Shown: one piece after another, positions 26,440-39,578 of the stretch
How positions within the stretch are numbered: position 1 is the first letter of the stretch
How the letters are laid out: each line of letters opens with the position of its first letter
Assembly (NCBI GenBank): GCA_964016885.1
Contig: OZ024740.1
Location: forward strand, 60,264,001 to 60,328,000
From: Eledone cirrhosa
Lineage: Eukaryota
Reading direction: 5' to 3'
Length of the DNA stretch: 64,000 bases
Program-made: the position numbers and the translations under genes
Notes under the pieces: generated by a model
The model's database searches: none
Seen by the model: only the letters and a program-made list of their open reading frames with translations
Told to the model about the DNA's origin: nothing

Positions 26440-26750
26440 CGATAAGGTTAATGACCCTCTTGAATAGTTACAAATTAAGGGATGTAGGAAAACCATGGAC
26501 AGGGAGTGAATTCAAGAGGATCGACGTTCTCAGCGGAGGTAAACAATGAGCATAGTGATTAGCACGGCGTCACACAGTACAGGTGAGAAACAAGCGATCC
26601 AAGAATGATTGACTGGTGGATGAGGCATGAGAACAACCAAATCCGTGAGGGCAATATAATACTGGTAGAAAAGAGTAAGAAGACAGTTGGTCTGTAGGCT
26701 GGAGAAGAGAGTGTATTGGTCAGTTACCTGTCTGTAAGGAAGCGGGTTTT
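26440..26750 (-). pseudogene. CR1/L2-group LINE ORF2 C-terminal remnant
   Basis: The minus strand translates to ...LLTLFYQYY...LLNSLPVHGFPTSLNL*LFKRVINL, matching the typical LWNxLPxxVFPxxxNLxxFKxxIN end of CR1-group ORF2. Stops and frameshifts are present. Confidence 0.65.
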
Positions 26751-27897
26751 GAGGCATATTTTACTGCTATTTCTAACAGTAGAGTGACCGCGTAGAGCTC
26801 CTTCGCTAGTTTTAACTTCCGGGTTAATAATAGGATAAAAACGTACGATTAAATTGATAAGCTTGAGCGCAAAGAATTTGGAAAATGCTAAAAATATATT
26901 GCAATACATTTAGTAATGTGCTAGACACCCATATTCACTAGATTAACTTTCAAGAGCTATATACATCGTTATTTAGATAATTCAGGTGATTTGGAGTGGG
27001 AGGATAGGAATTTGGGTTGTATTTCTACCAGGTCGAGTGAATACGCGCCAGCATGTAACTCCTGGAATAATGGAATAAGTAGGAGATATTAAATTGATAA
27101 GTCGATTCCCGAATAATTTGGTAAATGTTAGATGTGGAAGCTCATCGGAGTAACTATTTATATTTTGGGATGATAAACTAAGAGCAATGCACAACGACTT
27201 TGAATGCATTTACAGAAGTACAGTTTGTTGCAAGTGTTCAAGTGAGGTCTTTTGTCTGAGAATAAATTCCCCAGTAACCAGTAACCGAGGCTTTGAAAAA
27301 GACCATATAGGGTTGCCGTCCTTCCTCTAGAAAATGTTTGTTACACTCGTCTAGGAGACCGGTTATTAGTATTTTTTAAGGGTAGTTAGTTGATGGGTTT
27401 AAGTAGAATTTTGAAGGTGATATCTATGTATTTCCTACGATTTTTGTTGTGATTTGGACGAATGGCCTTCAAAATCGGTGTAAATTACTCGCTTTCTGTG
27501 GATCCCCTACCGAGAACACAAAGACACCTGTTTTTTCTTCATCTAAACCATAAAAAATAAATATTATATTTATGTATTTGTTCGATATGTATATCTAGCT
27601 GTTAAGAAGAGCCGGACACGTTAAACATTTTATTCATCACAACAATTAAATTTGACATGTGATAAACGTTCTGTAGTTGTGTGCGTTTTTATTTGGAAAT
27701 AATATTGGTTGCTGCTTGGATCAAGTTACAGATCGATCACTGAAATGTTTCTGTTCTGTTAAAAACTCGTCATCTATAGAAGTAGGTGGGTGGTTCAGAA
27801 AGTTGCTTTGCAAACACATGGAATTTATCAAATGAAAGCTGTTCAGAAACCTGCGTGCCTAATATACACACGAGTGTGCTTCTGCGCGCGCGCCTGC

Positions 27898-27964
<67 letters not shown>

Positions 27965-28082
27965 TATTTTTTTAAACAGCGAGCGATATTAAAATTAGAA
28001 ATAGAAGATTTCGCCGTTATTTTTGACTAAACAGGTCTATTGTTAAGAATCGTGACCTGAACCATCTGCTCTCTGTCGTGTG

Positions 28083-28085
<3 letters not shown>

Positions 28086-28120
<35 letters not shown>

Positions 28121-28290
28121 TATATATATAATATATATATATATAATATATATAATAATATATATATTATATATATATAAATATATATATATATAATATA
28201 TATATATAATATATATAATAATATATATATAATATATATATAATATATATATATAATATATATATATAATATATATATATATTATATATA

Positions 28291-28356
<66 letters not shown>

Positions 28357-28417
28357 ATATAATATATATATATATATAATATAATATATATATATATATA
28401 ATATAATATATATATAT

Positions 28418-28460
<43 letters not shown>

Positions 28461-28846
28461 TATAATATAATATATATATATATATATATAATATAATATA
28501 TATATATAATATAATATATATATATATATATATAAAATATAATATATATTTATATATATAATATATATATATAATATATATATAATATAATATATATATA
28601 TATATATAATATATATATAATATAATATATATATATATATATAATATATATATAATATAATATATATATATATATATAATATATATATAATATAATATAT
28701 ATATATATATAATATATATATATATAATAATATATATATATATAATATATATATATATAATATAATATATATATATATATATATAATATATAATATAATA
28801 TATATATATATATATATAATATATATATATATAATATAATATATAT
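28086..28846. repeat. ~760-bp tract made only of A and T (interrupted (TA)n)
   Basis: Direct observation; no G or C seen. Confidence 0.95.
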
Positions 28847-29069
28847 CTTTTTGGAATTCTTTCTCACGTCGTGTAGACGCGTTCTTGAGACTAGTAAAAT
28901 GAGGTATCCTCTTGATAAGTCGGCAGACCTCGCAAGGACTCTATATCTTTATGATGTATTGTTTTTGTTTATGCCACGAAACTACGTAGTCGAGGAATCT
29001 AGGAGCAGTTTAGATATGATACATTTTATTACTAATTATATCTAAATGTTTCTTCTCTCTTCTCTCTTC

Positions 29070-29448
<379 letters not shown>

Positions 29449-30075
29449 ATATAATATATATATATAGAGAGAGAGAGGCCATAACGTCCGTGTTCAATCT
29501 AAAATATTTGTAGTATTTTAAATTGCACGCGGACTTTATGGAAACCCTGTACATGAGTCTTAACCGGTGTTGCATTTCTTATGTGAAAACCGGTAACAAT
29601 CTTTCGATAGAGATCATTTAAATCCTGTGTAAATACTGTGGTTTATTTGATCAACTAAAAACCCTTGAGGACAATACCCCAGCATCGTTCCGTCCGATAA
29701 CAGAATCTATTAAAGATTAATCCAATAAATACTCAACCAGGGAACAATTCTATGCTAAGAAAAATACATTTTCCTGGCAAATTAATGTCCTCCTGTTAAT
29801 CGTATTTAAAATTTTAAGAGAAATACCGAATATTTCAGATAAATAGGTAAACTGCTCCCCTAAAGGATATACTTTAATTATCACTACTGTTAATGCTACT
29901 CTTGGGCCTTCTCCTTCTATATTGAAGAGCTTTATTAACTGGAAAAGTTATTTAACTGCAGATCAGCCATGTTCGAGGCAAACTTTGATTCAAGATAATC
30001 CATATTTCTTTTGTTATCTTCTGACACTGTAACCAGGACATTATACAATGCATTTTTAACTGAGTTAGAAGGATG

Positions 30076-30526
30076 TAATAATTGTTTCTACTTTTGGCAT
30101 AAGGCCAGAGAAGGATGTAATAATGGTTTCTTATATAGGCACAAGGCCAGTAATTTGAGGGGAGAGGGAAGTCGATTAAGTTGACCCAGTGCGTGACTGG
30201 TACTTTATTTTATCGACCCCATTAGGATGAAAGGCAAAGTTAACTTCGGCGGGATTTGAGCTCAGATCATAAAGAGCCGTATGCTGCAAAGCATGGCGTC
30301 CGACCCTCTACCGATACTGCCAATCCACCGCCCTAGAAGGATGTAATAATTGTTTCTACTTTTGGCACAAGGCCAGCAATTAACCAGTGTATTAGTGGTA
30401 CTTTATTTTATCGACCCCGTAAGGATGAAAGGCAAAGTTAACCTCATCGGGATTTGAACTCAGACCGTAAAGAACTCTATGCTGCAAAGCATGGTGTCCG
30501 ACTCTCTACCGATACTGCCAATCCAA
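30076..30526 (-). mobile_element. Tandem SINE family A copies (two near-complete plus a tail fragment)
   Basis: Reverse-complement SINE A cores at about 30200 and 30400. The junction AGAAGGATGTAATAAT is repeated three times. Confidence 0.88.
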
Positions 30527-30830
30527 TGAGGGAGATTTGGTAGATGATAAATGACTCAGGCCTAAAATGATCACAATAAGCGACGTTTCTAACAAACTGC
30601 AGTAATTGGCTACTACTTATTTTCCTCGACATAGGAAAGATAGAAAGCAAAAATCCATCTGTGAGAAGGAAGATCATGATGCAAAGAGACCATTTGGGGT
30701 TACACAGGGACGACAATCATTTACATAAATACAAGAGTTCATTTATACATATATAGTCTTTAGATCTGCCTGTCTAAGTGGAGGGATAATTATTCTTATA
30801 TAAAACAATAATATGGAAAATAAGTTGATA

Positions 30831-31051
30831 TTAATTTCTAATTTAGGCACACGGTCAGCAGATTTTGGGGTTAGGGATAAGTTGATTAAATCAAACCTCA
30901 GAATTTGACTGGTACTTTATTTTATCGACCGCGGAAGGATGAAAACCAAAGTTGTTCTTGACGGGATTTGAACTCAGACTGTAAAGAGCCAGAATAAATA
31001 CCATAATGGCATTTTATACGACGCTCTACTAATTCTGCCAATACACCACCC
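30831..31051 (-). mobile_element. SINE family A, diverged
   Basis: CTGGTACTTTATTTTATCGACC...GGATTTGAACTCAG...CTGCCAAT. Confidence 0.8.
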
Positions 31052-31533
31052 TCAAAATAATTTAATATTAACTGCACTTCATGTGTTATAAGAGAAATGT
31101 CAGTTAATGAAAAAAAAAACCAAAACAGCAGTTCATATTGTTAAGTACGAAAGGTTGTCAGTGCAGATTTAAATTAGTCAGCAATAGATACGTTTTTGAA
31201 CTGACAACATTGATAAGAGTAAAACTTTACATCTGGATATTAATACTAGGTCATATTGAATGACACACAGAGCAGATAAACAGTTACAGTAGATAATTTC
31301 GTCAGATAAAAAAGAAATAATTTCGCTATGAAAAAATGAAAAAGAACATTTGGGAACTGGCAGAAATAATTTACTGCTTTCGGAATTCGTTTAGCTAAAC
31401 ATAGTTCTTGTACTGAAACCAGTTGAACAAAAAGTTTATTTCATAGTAGAGATTTTGTTGTTGCAAAGGGTGAAGTGTATGCAGCCGCAAGCTAAAACGT
31501 CTTGTGAAAGTAATTACAGCGAAGGATACATAT

Positions 31534-31593
<60 letters not shown>

Positions 31594-31618
31594 GCATGAA
31601 TATATGTACAACTCACAC

Positions 31619-31680
<62 letters not shown>

Positions 31681-31953
31681 CTGAGAGTGTAAGTTGTACA
31701 TATATTCATGCATTTTTTTAGTTCATGCAGAGCAAAAAAATGATATGAGAGATGCATAACACGAATCAAGTTGTAGTATTGTGACCTTTAAGTGAGTTGC
31801 GTAGGAGTCGGTCTAACTATAAAGCAAGTTGCATAACTGTCGCAAGCAGCTGGCAAGAAATAGTGAATGGGTACCACCACTGGGAATATGACTGCTTCCA
31901 TAACATTTATAGAAAGCTAATGAGAAACAAAAGAGGGAAGGGACGTAATTTTC

Positions 31954-31987
<34 letters not shown>

Positions 31988-32599
31988 GTATACTGAATCA
32001 GGAATTGTCCATTGTCTGGGTTATTCTATTTCTTATATAGTTTTGACATCCATAGCGAATTTTCAGTCGATAATACAAATAGTTTTAATACGTCTCGTGA
32101 AACATTTTAATTCAAAAGAAAGAGGCGTGTATTCTTTTTTAAGTAGTAGGCAGTGACTTTGGCCATTACTATAATAGCAAATTAAGGAAGAAAAGAGGAA
32201 GGGTTGTTAGAATATCGGACAGAATGCATAACAGTGTTCGTTTCAGCTCTATGCGCTCTGAGTTCAAATCCCGCCGAGATCAATAAATAAAATACGAATT
32301 CATTACTGAATATAGACTCTTACCTTTATCCCCCACCCTCTCTCTCTCATATATATATATATATATACACATACACTGTGTTTGTACACACGTGTAAACA
32401 AGACCATTATTGCTCCAACTAGTCTATTCACCATCGATAACTAAAATATACATGCACATACAAACACTATATACATATATATAAAACCGTCAAACACGCA
32501 GATACACCCAGAAAAAAGGAAAGTTATCATCGAATTTCCCATACTTAAATAATACACTCAGAATACAAACCCAACAATAAACAAAACATCTAGTAGACA

Positions 32600-32870
32600 A
32601 AGCCAATCATCAACTAAATGTCTATATATCTCCTAGACATAATAATTAATTAATTTAATTAGACAATTCTGTTGATTGGTTAATTATTTGTGTTTGTTTA
32701 ATAAAGTCTAGTGGAGAGCTTTTATTCGGAATGTTGAGCGGAATTATTTTCCTTTGTTAACACTTTGAATTTACCCGCCAAAAACCGGGGGTTGCTTCCC
32801 TTTTTGGAAATAACACGTGACAACGAAATGACTGAAGGCTGTCTATTGTGGCGGTCGCATTGAGTTAAAG
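32600..32870 (+). promoter_or_regulatory. Candidate Pol II promoter
   Basis: CCAAT at 32603, ATTGG at 32675, E2F-like CCCGCCAAAA at 32774 and E-box CACGTGAC at 32814, in CpG-richer non-repeat sequence just upstream of a GTAAGT donor. Confidence 0.45.
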
Positions 32871-32924
32871 TTCACACCCGTTTGAGGCATAGAACTGTCG
32901 AGGAAGTGAGTCCCCTGTTCGATC

Positions 32925-32951
32925 ATGGAATACCACAAGCTTACGTGTTAC
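32925..32951 (+). CDS. Candidate short first coding exon (MEYHKLTCY), product unknown
   Basis: ATCATGG Kozak-type context, 9 codons, then a consensus GTAAGT donor at 32952 (phase 0). It could equally be a non-coding first exon. Confidence 0.35.
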
Positions 32952-33412
32952 GTAAGTTGGATTGATGATTTCGGATTTATAGAAACATATCGGACGTATT
33001 GCAGACTATCGTTCGATTTGTCCAGGTCTGTTGTCTAACCTGATTAGTTTTTTCGTTGTTTTGGTATTGTATGGTTGGGTTTTGCCTGCTGCCGCAATTT
33101 TCAATTTGTCAAGCTATCTAAACGTAATGTTATTACTCTGAGGACCCACCCTTATTGAGTGCTTTGCTACTTATTCCTTATTGTAGGTCGACTTTACTTG
33201 GCCACAGCTAAAGCTTCGATTTTACTAAGCTTCCACTTGTATACATACATATATATATATAAAATTGAAAAAGTGAATAACATGGTCAACAGTTCAAAAA
33301 GGGGGATTTATTTGCAGTCTAACAATTGTTTCACTGATAGAGTTGTCTAAAAATTGCTGAACACTAAAAACAGTGCCACTCAATATTAAATACGATGTTA
33401 ACTCTCTCTCTC

Positions 33413-33432
33413 TATATATAGTGTTTGCAGTG

Positions 33433-33467
<35 letters not shown>

Positions 33468-33625
33468 GTGTTTGCAGTGTATATATAATATATATATATA
33501 TATATATAGTGTTTTCAGTGTATATATAATATATATATATATATATAGTGTTTGCAGTGTATATATAATATATATATAGTGTTTGCAGTGTATATATAAT
33601 ATATATATATATATAGTGTTTGCAG
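33413..33625. repeat. Compound minisatellite GTGTTTGCAGTG + (TA)n, about 6 copies
   Basis: Direct observation; the TA spacer length varies. Confidence 0.9.
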
Positions 33626-33827
33626 AAATAAATAATTTCACTTTATAATACATTTACTCCGTTCCCGCACCACCCACATGATTCAACATCAGAGATAGAT
33701 GAGTTGCATAACGTCGAATGCTTTTCTGATATTATGTCATGATTAACATTGCAGAATGACCAGTTCTACCCAGTGACAAACCGCCAAATTTAAAGTTTGA
33801 AGAATAGAAAGACAAAATTCATCCAAT

Positions 33828-34048
33828 TCTTTTCTTCTTAGTCCGTAGAAATCAACCAGATAAATAATCATTTAAACGGAGCTAAGTTTAAAATATGACT
33901 TTGAAGAAATAACATAAATGTTATCGATATTCCTTTATGAGGAATGGTCAGATAAAATTTACCTAGTCTTTCCTCTTAGTCCGTAGAAATTAACTAGACA
34001 AATAATCAATTAAACGGAGCTAAGTCTAAAATGTAAGTTTGAAGAAAG
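33828..34048. repeat. Diverged direct duplication (about 80-bp block, about 138-bp period)
   Basis: TCTTAGTCCGTAGAAAT...TAAACGGAGCTAAGT...TTTGAAGAAA occurs twice. Confidence 0.8.
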
Positions 34049-34579
34049 AAATATAGATAAACATTACTAAAAATTCTCCCAGTCCTGCCTATCGATAGGT
34101 TCGCTCGTACTTTGTGGAAATGTCCAATCGATGCATTATCCACGAGGCTCCGAGCTTTTCAAGAGACTCCCTCAGTTAGGACTAAAATTTCCAAATTGAT
34201 CGTCGTCAGTAACGAATTCAAAAGGGGGTGAAAATCATCACGTGGCTAGCAGTCAAAATAAGTTTTGTGAAGGGTAGGCAGGTGGCAAGTAAGTTCATTG
34301 CTAGAGGAAGCAGTTAGTTACCGCCTAAGGTTTACTCAACCATAAGGGAGTATAGAGCAAATTCATAAGGACATATATATATTTAAACATAGTCACAGTT
34401 CACTTTATAATTTACTTAAACATAAAACCAACAATTTTTTTTTGAGGGGTTGGGTGGCTATGAGCTCGGTTTGTGTAGATGGGAGCCAGTCGGATCGTTA
34501 GAGACGGTTGCTTCTGATAGGATCCTCTTCTCACAAAGCAGAAGTAAATTCATTAACTGACCCCATAACATGGCTGCCA

Positions 34580-34880
34580 CTTTATTTCACCGAGTTTGGA
34601 AGGATGAGGATAAATAGCAAAATTTAAATTAGCGGTATTTGAACTCAAAACGCAATTAGCCGAAACAAATACCACGAGGAAATTTGTCCGACACTCTAAT
34701 GATTATGGTAATCTACCGTCTTCAATTTCTAACATAAACACAAGGTCAGAAATTTGGAGAAAAAGGAAACATCAATTATATAGATCCCAGTAGTATGAAA
34801 GACAAAATCGACCTCAACTGGATTGGAACTGAGAACATAAAACTAGACAACGAAATACAGCAAGGCAGTTTGGCAGTCTT
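34580..34880 (-). mobile_element. Two old SINE family A remnants
   Basis: Degenerate GGAAGGATGA...TTTGAACTCA...AAATACC...TCCGACACTCTAA, followed by a second partial copy. Confidence 0.6.
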
Positions 34881-36246
34881 CTACCGAGTTCTCTAACAGC
34901 ATGTAAATATGTTTTTCTGAAGGTCAATTTTGCATTACAAGAATCTGCTATTTCAAAATTGATGCAACCACACGGATTTATTCACCGAAAATTTAGGTTA
35001 CGCTGCACTTAATCCCCATTGTTCTGACTGACTGTCACTTTATATCACTTTAAAGTTTCAAAGAAATAATTCTATATTAGTAAAAAAAAAAAAATAAACA
35101 TAAAAAATGAAGGTAATTTTTTCCTTATTAAATGGATCAATGAATGAGTTAAAAGTTGTACAATATTGTCGAAATTACTCTCCCACTATCAATGATAATT
35201 TGATGTTTTTCTGTTATTTATCTTGTTTGTAACGGCTAATTATTGTATGTCGTATCATGTGTTCTTGACATCCATTACCAGTGCAGTTAAGCTAAATAAT
35301 TAGCCATTACATGTAATACATCTTTAAATATAAACTATTCGCCGTTCGAGCGAAGAGGAAATATGATAACAGTTCTGTCAGTTTAGTTTCGTCATGCTTT
35401 CATGGAGTTTGCGTGTTTATCAAGTAGTAGAGTTGTTCTACCTTAACGTGTTTCACACTTGGATTAAAACATGCCGTGAATGTAGCTTTGAGAGATACAG
35501 TTCCCTGTGCGTTAGATATTACGAGACCGTTTCTAAACAAGAATCGAGAAAGCGAAAACATTTTCATCTGATGAATGTGAAGGAAGTGTGTGACTTCTTA
35601 ACGACTTAAGCACATATTCTAGAAAATGGGAAGTGAATAAGTTTTAATGATACCAAGAGAGGGAGAGGGGGCTACAGAGAAAGAGAGGAACAAGATCTAT
35701 TGGAAATAGTGGAGGGGAGCTTATCTCTCTCTATATATATGTGTATATATATAAAGAGAAAACCTCTAATTGATGATAAGCGATGAATATCAAAGTCTTT
35801 TCGGGCGAATATCACTTTTACGCTGAAAGCGTAAAATAATGTACAGGAGATTTCAAAGGATCAATGAATGCGTATGATCTACGATAATCTTATTTAAGTA
35901 TTTAGATAAGAACAAACAAGTAATCACAATGTTTATATTTACACTTGGTTTCTATTTTAAAGGGCTTACAACATATACAGGCTTTGTAGAACTCTTTATC
36001 ATTCTTAACAATTCTAAACTTGTCATAATCCTTAAATAAATTTATATTTTCTTATTACAATAATCTCTGATGAATGAAAGTTTTGTAAATACTTCTCCAC
36101 TAAGAGCATGCAATCGAGACTTCACCAGGTGATTAATCCTTTCATTTGTTGTGCGATCGACTCTCAAAAACACTTGTTAACAGACGGTGTTTCATAGACA
36201 CGTACCCAGCCTTTTCATTCAATAACTGATTTACAATGCTGAAACC

Positions 36247-36478
36247 ATGGATCCTGACTTACCAAACAAGGAAAATCTATCTGCTGTAGTTCAGAAAGGA
36301 TATACAGCGCCCAGTTCGCCGCCACCGGTTAGCATGAAGCCACTCTCCCTGTTAAATATAGCCATTTCGAATCCCTTTATATTAGCTTCGCCGGCATTGC
36401 TAGCCTCTCGCCGTGCCCTAATTTCACGAGCTTCTCTCCAACACCGCAGAACATACAATGGATTAGACTTAACCTTCC
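36247..36478 (+). CDS. Candidate first coding exon (77 codons), product unknown
   Basis: Perfect Kozak ACCATGG with an in-frame upstream stop at 36223. The GC-richer, non-repetitive ORF MDPDLPNKENL...ASPALLASRRALISRASLQHRRTYNGLDLTF ends at a GTAAGC donor (36479, phase 1). No homologue recognised. Confidence 0.55.
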
Positions 36479-36809
36479 GTAAGCCCAATACAAATTGCGA
36501 TTGAGTATCCAGTACAACAAAGTCTCGAACAGCCTTGTTATTAATTAACTTGTTTTAGTTTCGATTCCCAACTCTTCCTCAGCGGCGTTAGACTGAACGT
36601 TATACCTTTATGGTCAACGCGTACACAAACATATTGACTGCCTTCGAATCTGTGAGCCACACAAATGTCGTTGCAACATAGTAAACTCTTCAAAGGCCAT
36701 GTGATGGTGTTTATGTGAGGGATTATGTCTACGTCCATAGAAGGCCACAGAAGGGTTTGAAATCAGGACGCAAAAAACAACAACAACCACAATGAAAGGC
36801 ATCTCATTC

Positions 36810-36975
36810 TATTCCTGAACTATTTCGGCAGTCCTTCATACTGGGTTGGTACTTTACTTTTTCGTCACCCGAAAAGACGAAATACGAAGTTGACCTTGGT
36901 GAGATTTGACCTCAGTGAGCCGGAATAAATATTGCAGGGTCTTCTCTCTTACGTTCTAACGATTCCTCCAATTCA
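36810..36975 (-). mobile_element. Old SINE family A remnant
   Basis: TTGGTACTTTACTTTTTCGTCACCCGAAAAGACGAAA...GAGATTTGACCTCAG. Confidence 0.6.
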
Positions 36976-37048
36976 CAAATCAATATACATATACTAGAAC
37001 ATAATTACAAATTTACTATTATAAATTACACATGTAGTAGCAGAATCT

Positions 37049-37375
37049 GTGGACATAGCATGACCGAACCGTTTAGAAGTTCATTTACAACCATTAGGTC
37101 CCGGATTCGACCCCACTGCATGGTATCTTGGCAAATGTCATTTATGATAACCTCGGGCCGATCCATGCCTTGTGAGTGAAACTGGCTAGACGGAAGCTGT
37201 TTGGAAGCCCACTGGATGGATTGTACCTGTAACTCAAAGGGCCAGCATTGACTGAGTCGCGCTGAATCTTCGTAATAACTACGATAAAGGGTTGCGTGTC
37301 TGTGAAATGCTCAGCCACTTATATGTTAAATTCACGAGCAGGTTGTTCCGTTGATCGAACAACCAAAACACTCAT
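37049..37375 (+). mobile_element. tRNA-derived SINE family D
   Basis: B-box-like GGATTCGACCCC and body ...CCTTGTGAGTGAAA...GACGGAAGCTG...GAAGCCC. A diverged inverted homologue lies at about 47800-48125. Confidence 0.6.
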
Positions 37376-38296
37376 GGGAAATGTTATACGAAAAATGATA
37401 GGTGGTGACTTTCTGTCGATTAAGATGGTTTCTCAAAAAAAATATCAATTAAAAGATTCCCTTACAGTATAGACTAAACTAGTGAACATTGCAGATACAC
37501 AATTGTGATCAAATATTAGTCTGTAGTTGAATTGTTATTGTTGTTTAACCCCAGATCATCTTTAATCGAGCAGGTTTATGACGGAGGACATTCTAGACGT
37601 AAACATATCTTTTATTCAGACATAACGTATCTAAGATTATATTAGATAATGTCTCATTTCTTTTTCATAAACTAAACAAGTTAATAAGGTAGTGTTGTTC
37701 TAACAGGTCAAGTAACTACGTAAGGATTCCCTTGTTGGCTGCGAATTTGATAGTTTTCGCTCGGTAGAGTAAACTGTTGAATTAACTATCTCTAATAAAT
37801 ACTCCAGAATTCTCACATTTTATCCACACTGACTTCAATATAGGCGAGTGAAGGAAATTGCAGTTTGGGTTCTTTAAACTAGTGTACGTCTCTTATATAT
37901 TTATATAGTGGTTCTCTATCACTAGATGTGGTGAATACTATTGGAAATGGCTATACTTTGCTGGGGCTATCTCATAAAACAAACACATGCTGAAAGTTTC
38001 CATCGTATTTACCAAATATTAGATTAAATTAGTCTTCGAACAAATGTTTTAATTTCACAACAGTATAACTAATTCTAATTTTAATTAATTATTTTAATTT
38101 AATTTCTCCTTTGCCTTAACTAGGTTTTAGTAACATTAGTTTAAATTCGAACACTTGACCCTTTCAGAATATTACTAAGAAAGAAATAGATAAGAAATGG
38201 AGAATAAAAGACTTCTTTTGTAACGAGGTACTTAATTTTGAGGTTGAGATAGAAAGAAGGTGAAATTGATTTAACTTTGATCAACACCATTTAAGC

Positions 38297-38954
38297 CAGG
38301 TGTCTCAAACGCAAGGACTCAAAAGTGTTATTATGTCCCGGGCAAGAGGCACAGCGGGATTGGGTGGGCGTGATTTCCACCAGATATAATACTAATCTGT
38401 AATACAGTTGATAGGCTGCTATTTATTTATTATTATTAAAACCAAAATAAGGGTGGTGGATTTGCAGTATCGGTAGAGTGTCGGACAACATGCTTTATAT
38501 CATAGAGTTACGGCCCTTTACATTCTCAGTTCAGATACCGCCGAGGTTAACTTTGACTTTCATCCTTACAAGGTCGATAAAATAAATTACCAGTAATGTA
38601 TTGGGGTTGCTTTAATCGACTTTCCCCTTCCCTAAAAATTGTTGTACTTGTACCTAAATCAGAAACCATTATTTTCACCGAAATGAATACGTACATGATA
38701 GTAAGTAGGATATGTGAATTATTACAAAATGTACGGGAACAAATTTTCCTTAATTCAGTTTTTACTTTGGGTAAATTCCCTTTTTTCCATTTTCACTTTT
38801 TGATAAATTCCATTTTATTTTTTTTTTTCGTTTTATTGTATTTACTTGGTACATTGCAAGAGTATGAAAGGGGCAAGGGACAAATTACCAGATTTTAGGA
38901 AAATATTAGTCATGGAAATTGTTCTGTTAGCGGGCCGCGTGTTTGAAGCATCAG
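38297..38954. mobile_element. Non-autonomous hAT-type DNA transposon with nested SINE
   Basis: Perfect 8-bp TSD ATTTAAGC (38289-38296 and 38955-38962) and imperfect TIRs CAGGTGTCTCAAAC / GTTTGAAGCATCAG. Confidence 0.7.
38450..38672 (+). mobile_element. SINE family A, full-length, inside the hAT element
   Basis: Head, Meta-like core and tail all present. Confidence 0.85.
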
Positions 38955-39273
38955 ATTTAAGCTGAACACCAGATAGCCTTGTCTAGCGACTATTCTTACA
39001 TAATTATCATCTATTGTAACGAAGAAAAAGCTATTTTATTTCATATAAAACCAAAGCATTACTGATACAAATTATCAACTTGAGATATAGATGTATTTTT
39101 CTGTCAGCATTTACTTACACATATTTTTTTAACACGCGACACAGTTAGTTGAACTTCAATCAGTATTACCTTTGAGTGACTTGATGAGATTTTTATAAAC
39201 ATTTAAACTGAAACCAGTTGGATGTTGACGCTATTGAACATTAATCACTTTTCCGAACAATTTGAAACTAACA

Positions 39274-39274
<1 letters not shown>

Positions 39275-39345
<71 letters not shown>

Positions 39346-39391
39346 ATTTTCTAAATGCACACACACACATATATATACCTATTTTCTAAAT

Positions 39392-39433
<42 letters not shown>

Positions 39434-39444
39434 ATTTTCTAAAT

Positions 39445-39477
<33 letters not shown>

Positions 39478-39491
39478 CCTATTTTCTAAAT

Positions 39492-39524
<33 letters not shown>

Positions 39525-39540
39525 CCTATTTTCTAAATAT
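39275..39540. repeat. Compound minisatellite TACCTATTTTCTAAAT + (CA)n(TA)n, 5 copies (a 6th at about 40517)
   Basis: Direct observation. Confidence 0.9.
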
Positions 39541-39578
39541 AATATTTTTATTCATATATATATATATATATATATATG

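Noticed and set aside
36291-36488. Minus-strand 65-aa ORF overlapping the candidate exon
   Set aside because: It has a non-ATG start and is the antisense shadow of the better supported + strand frame (Kozak ATG plus donor).
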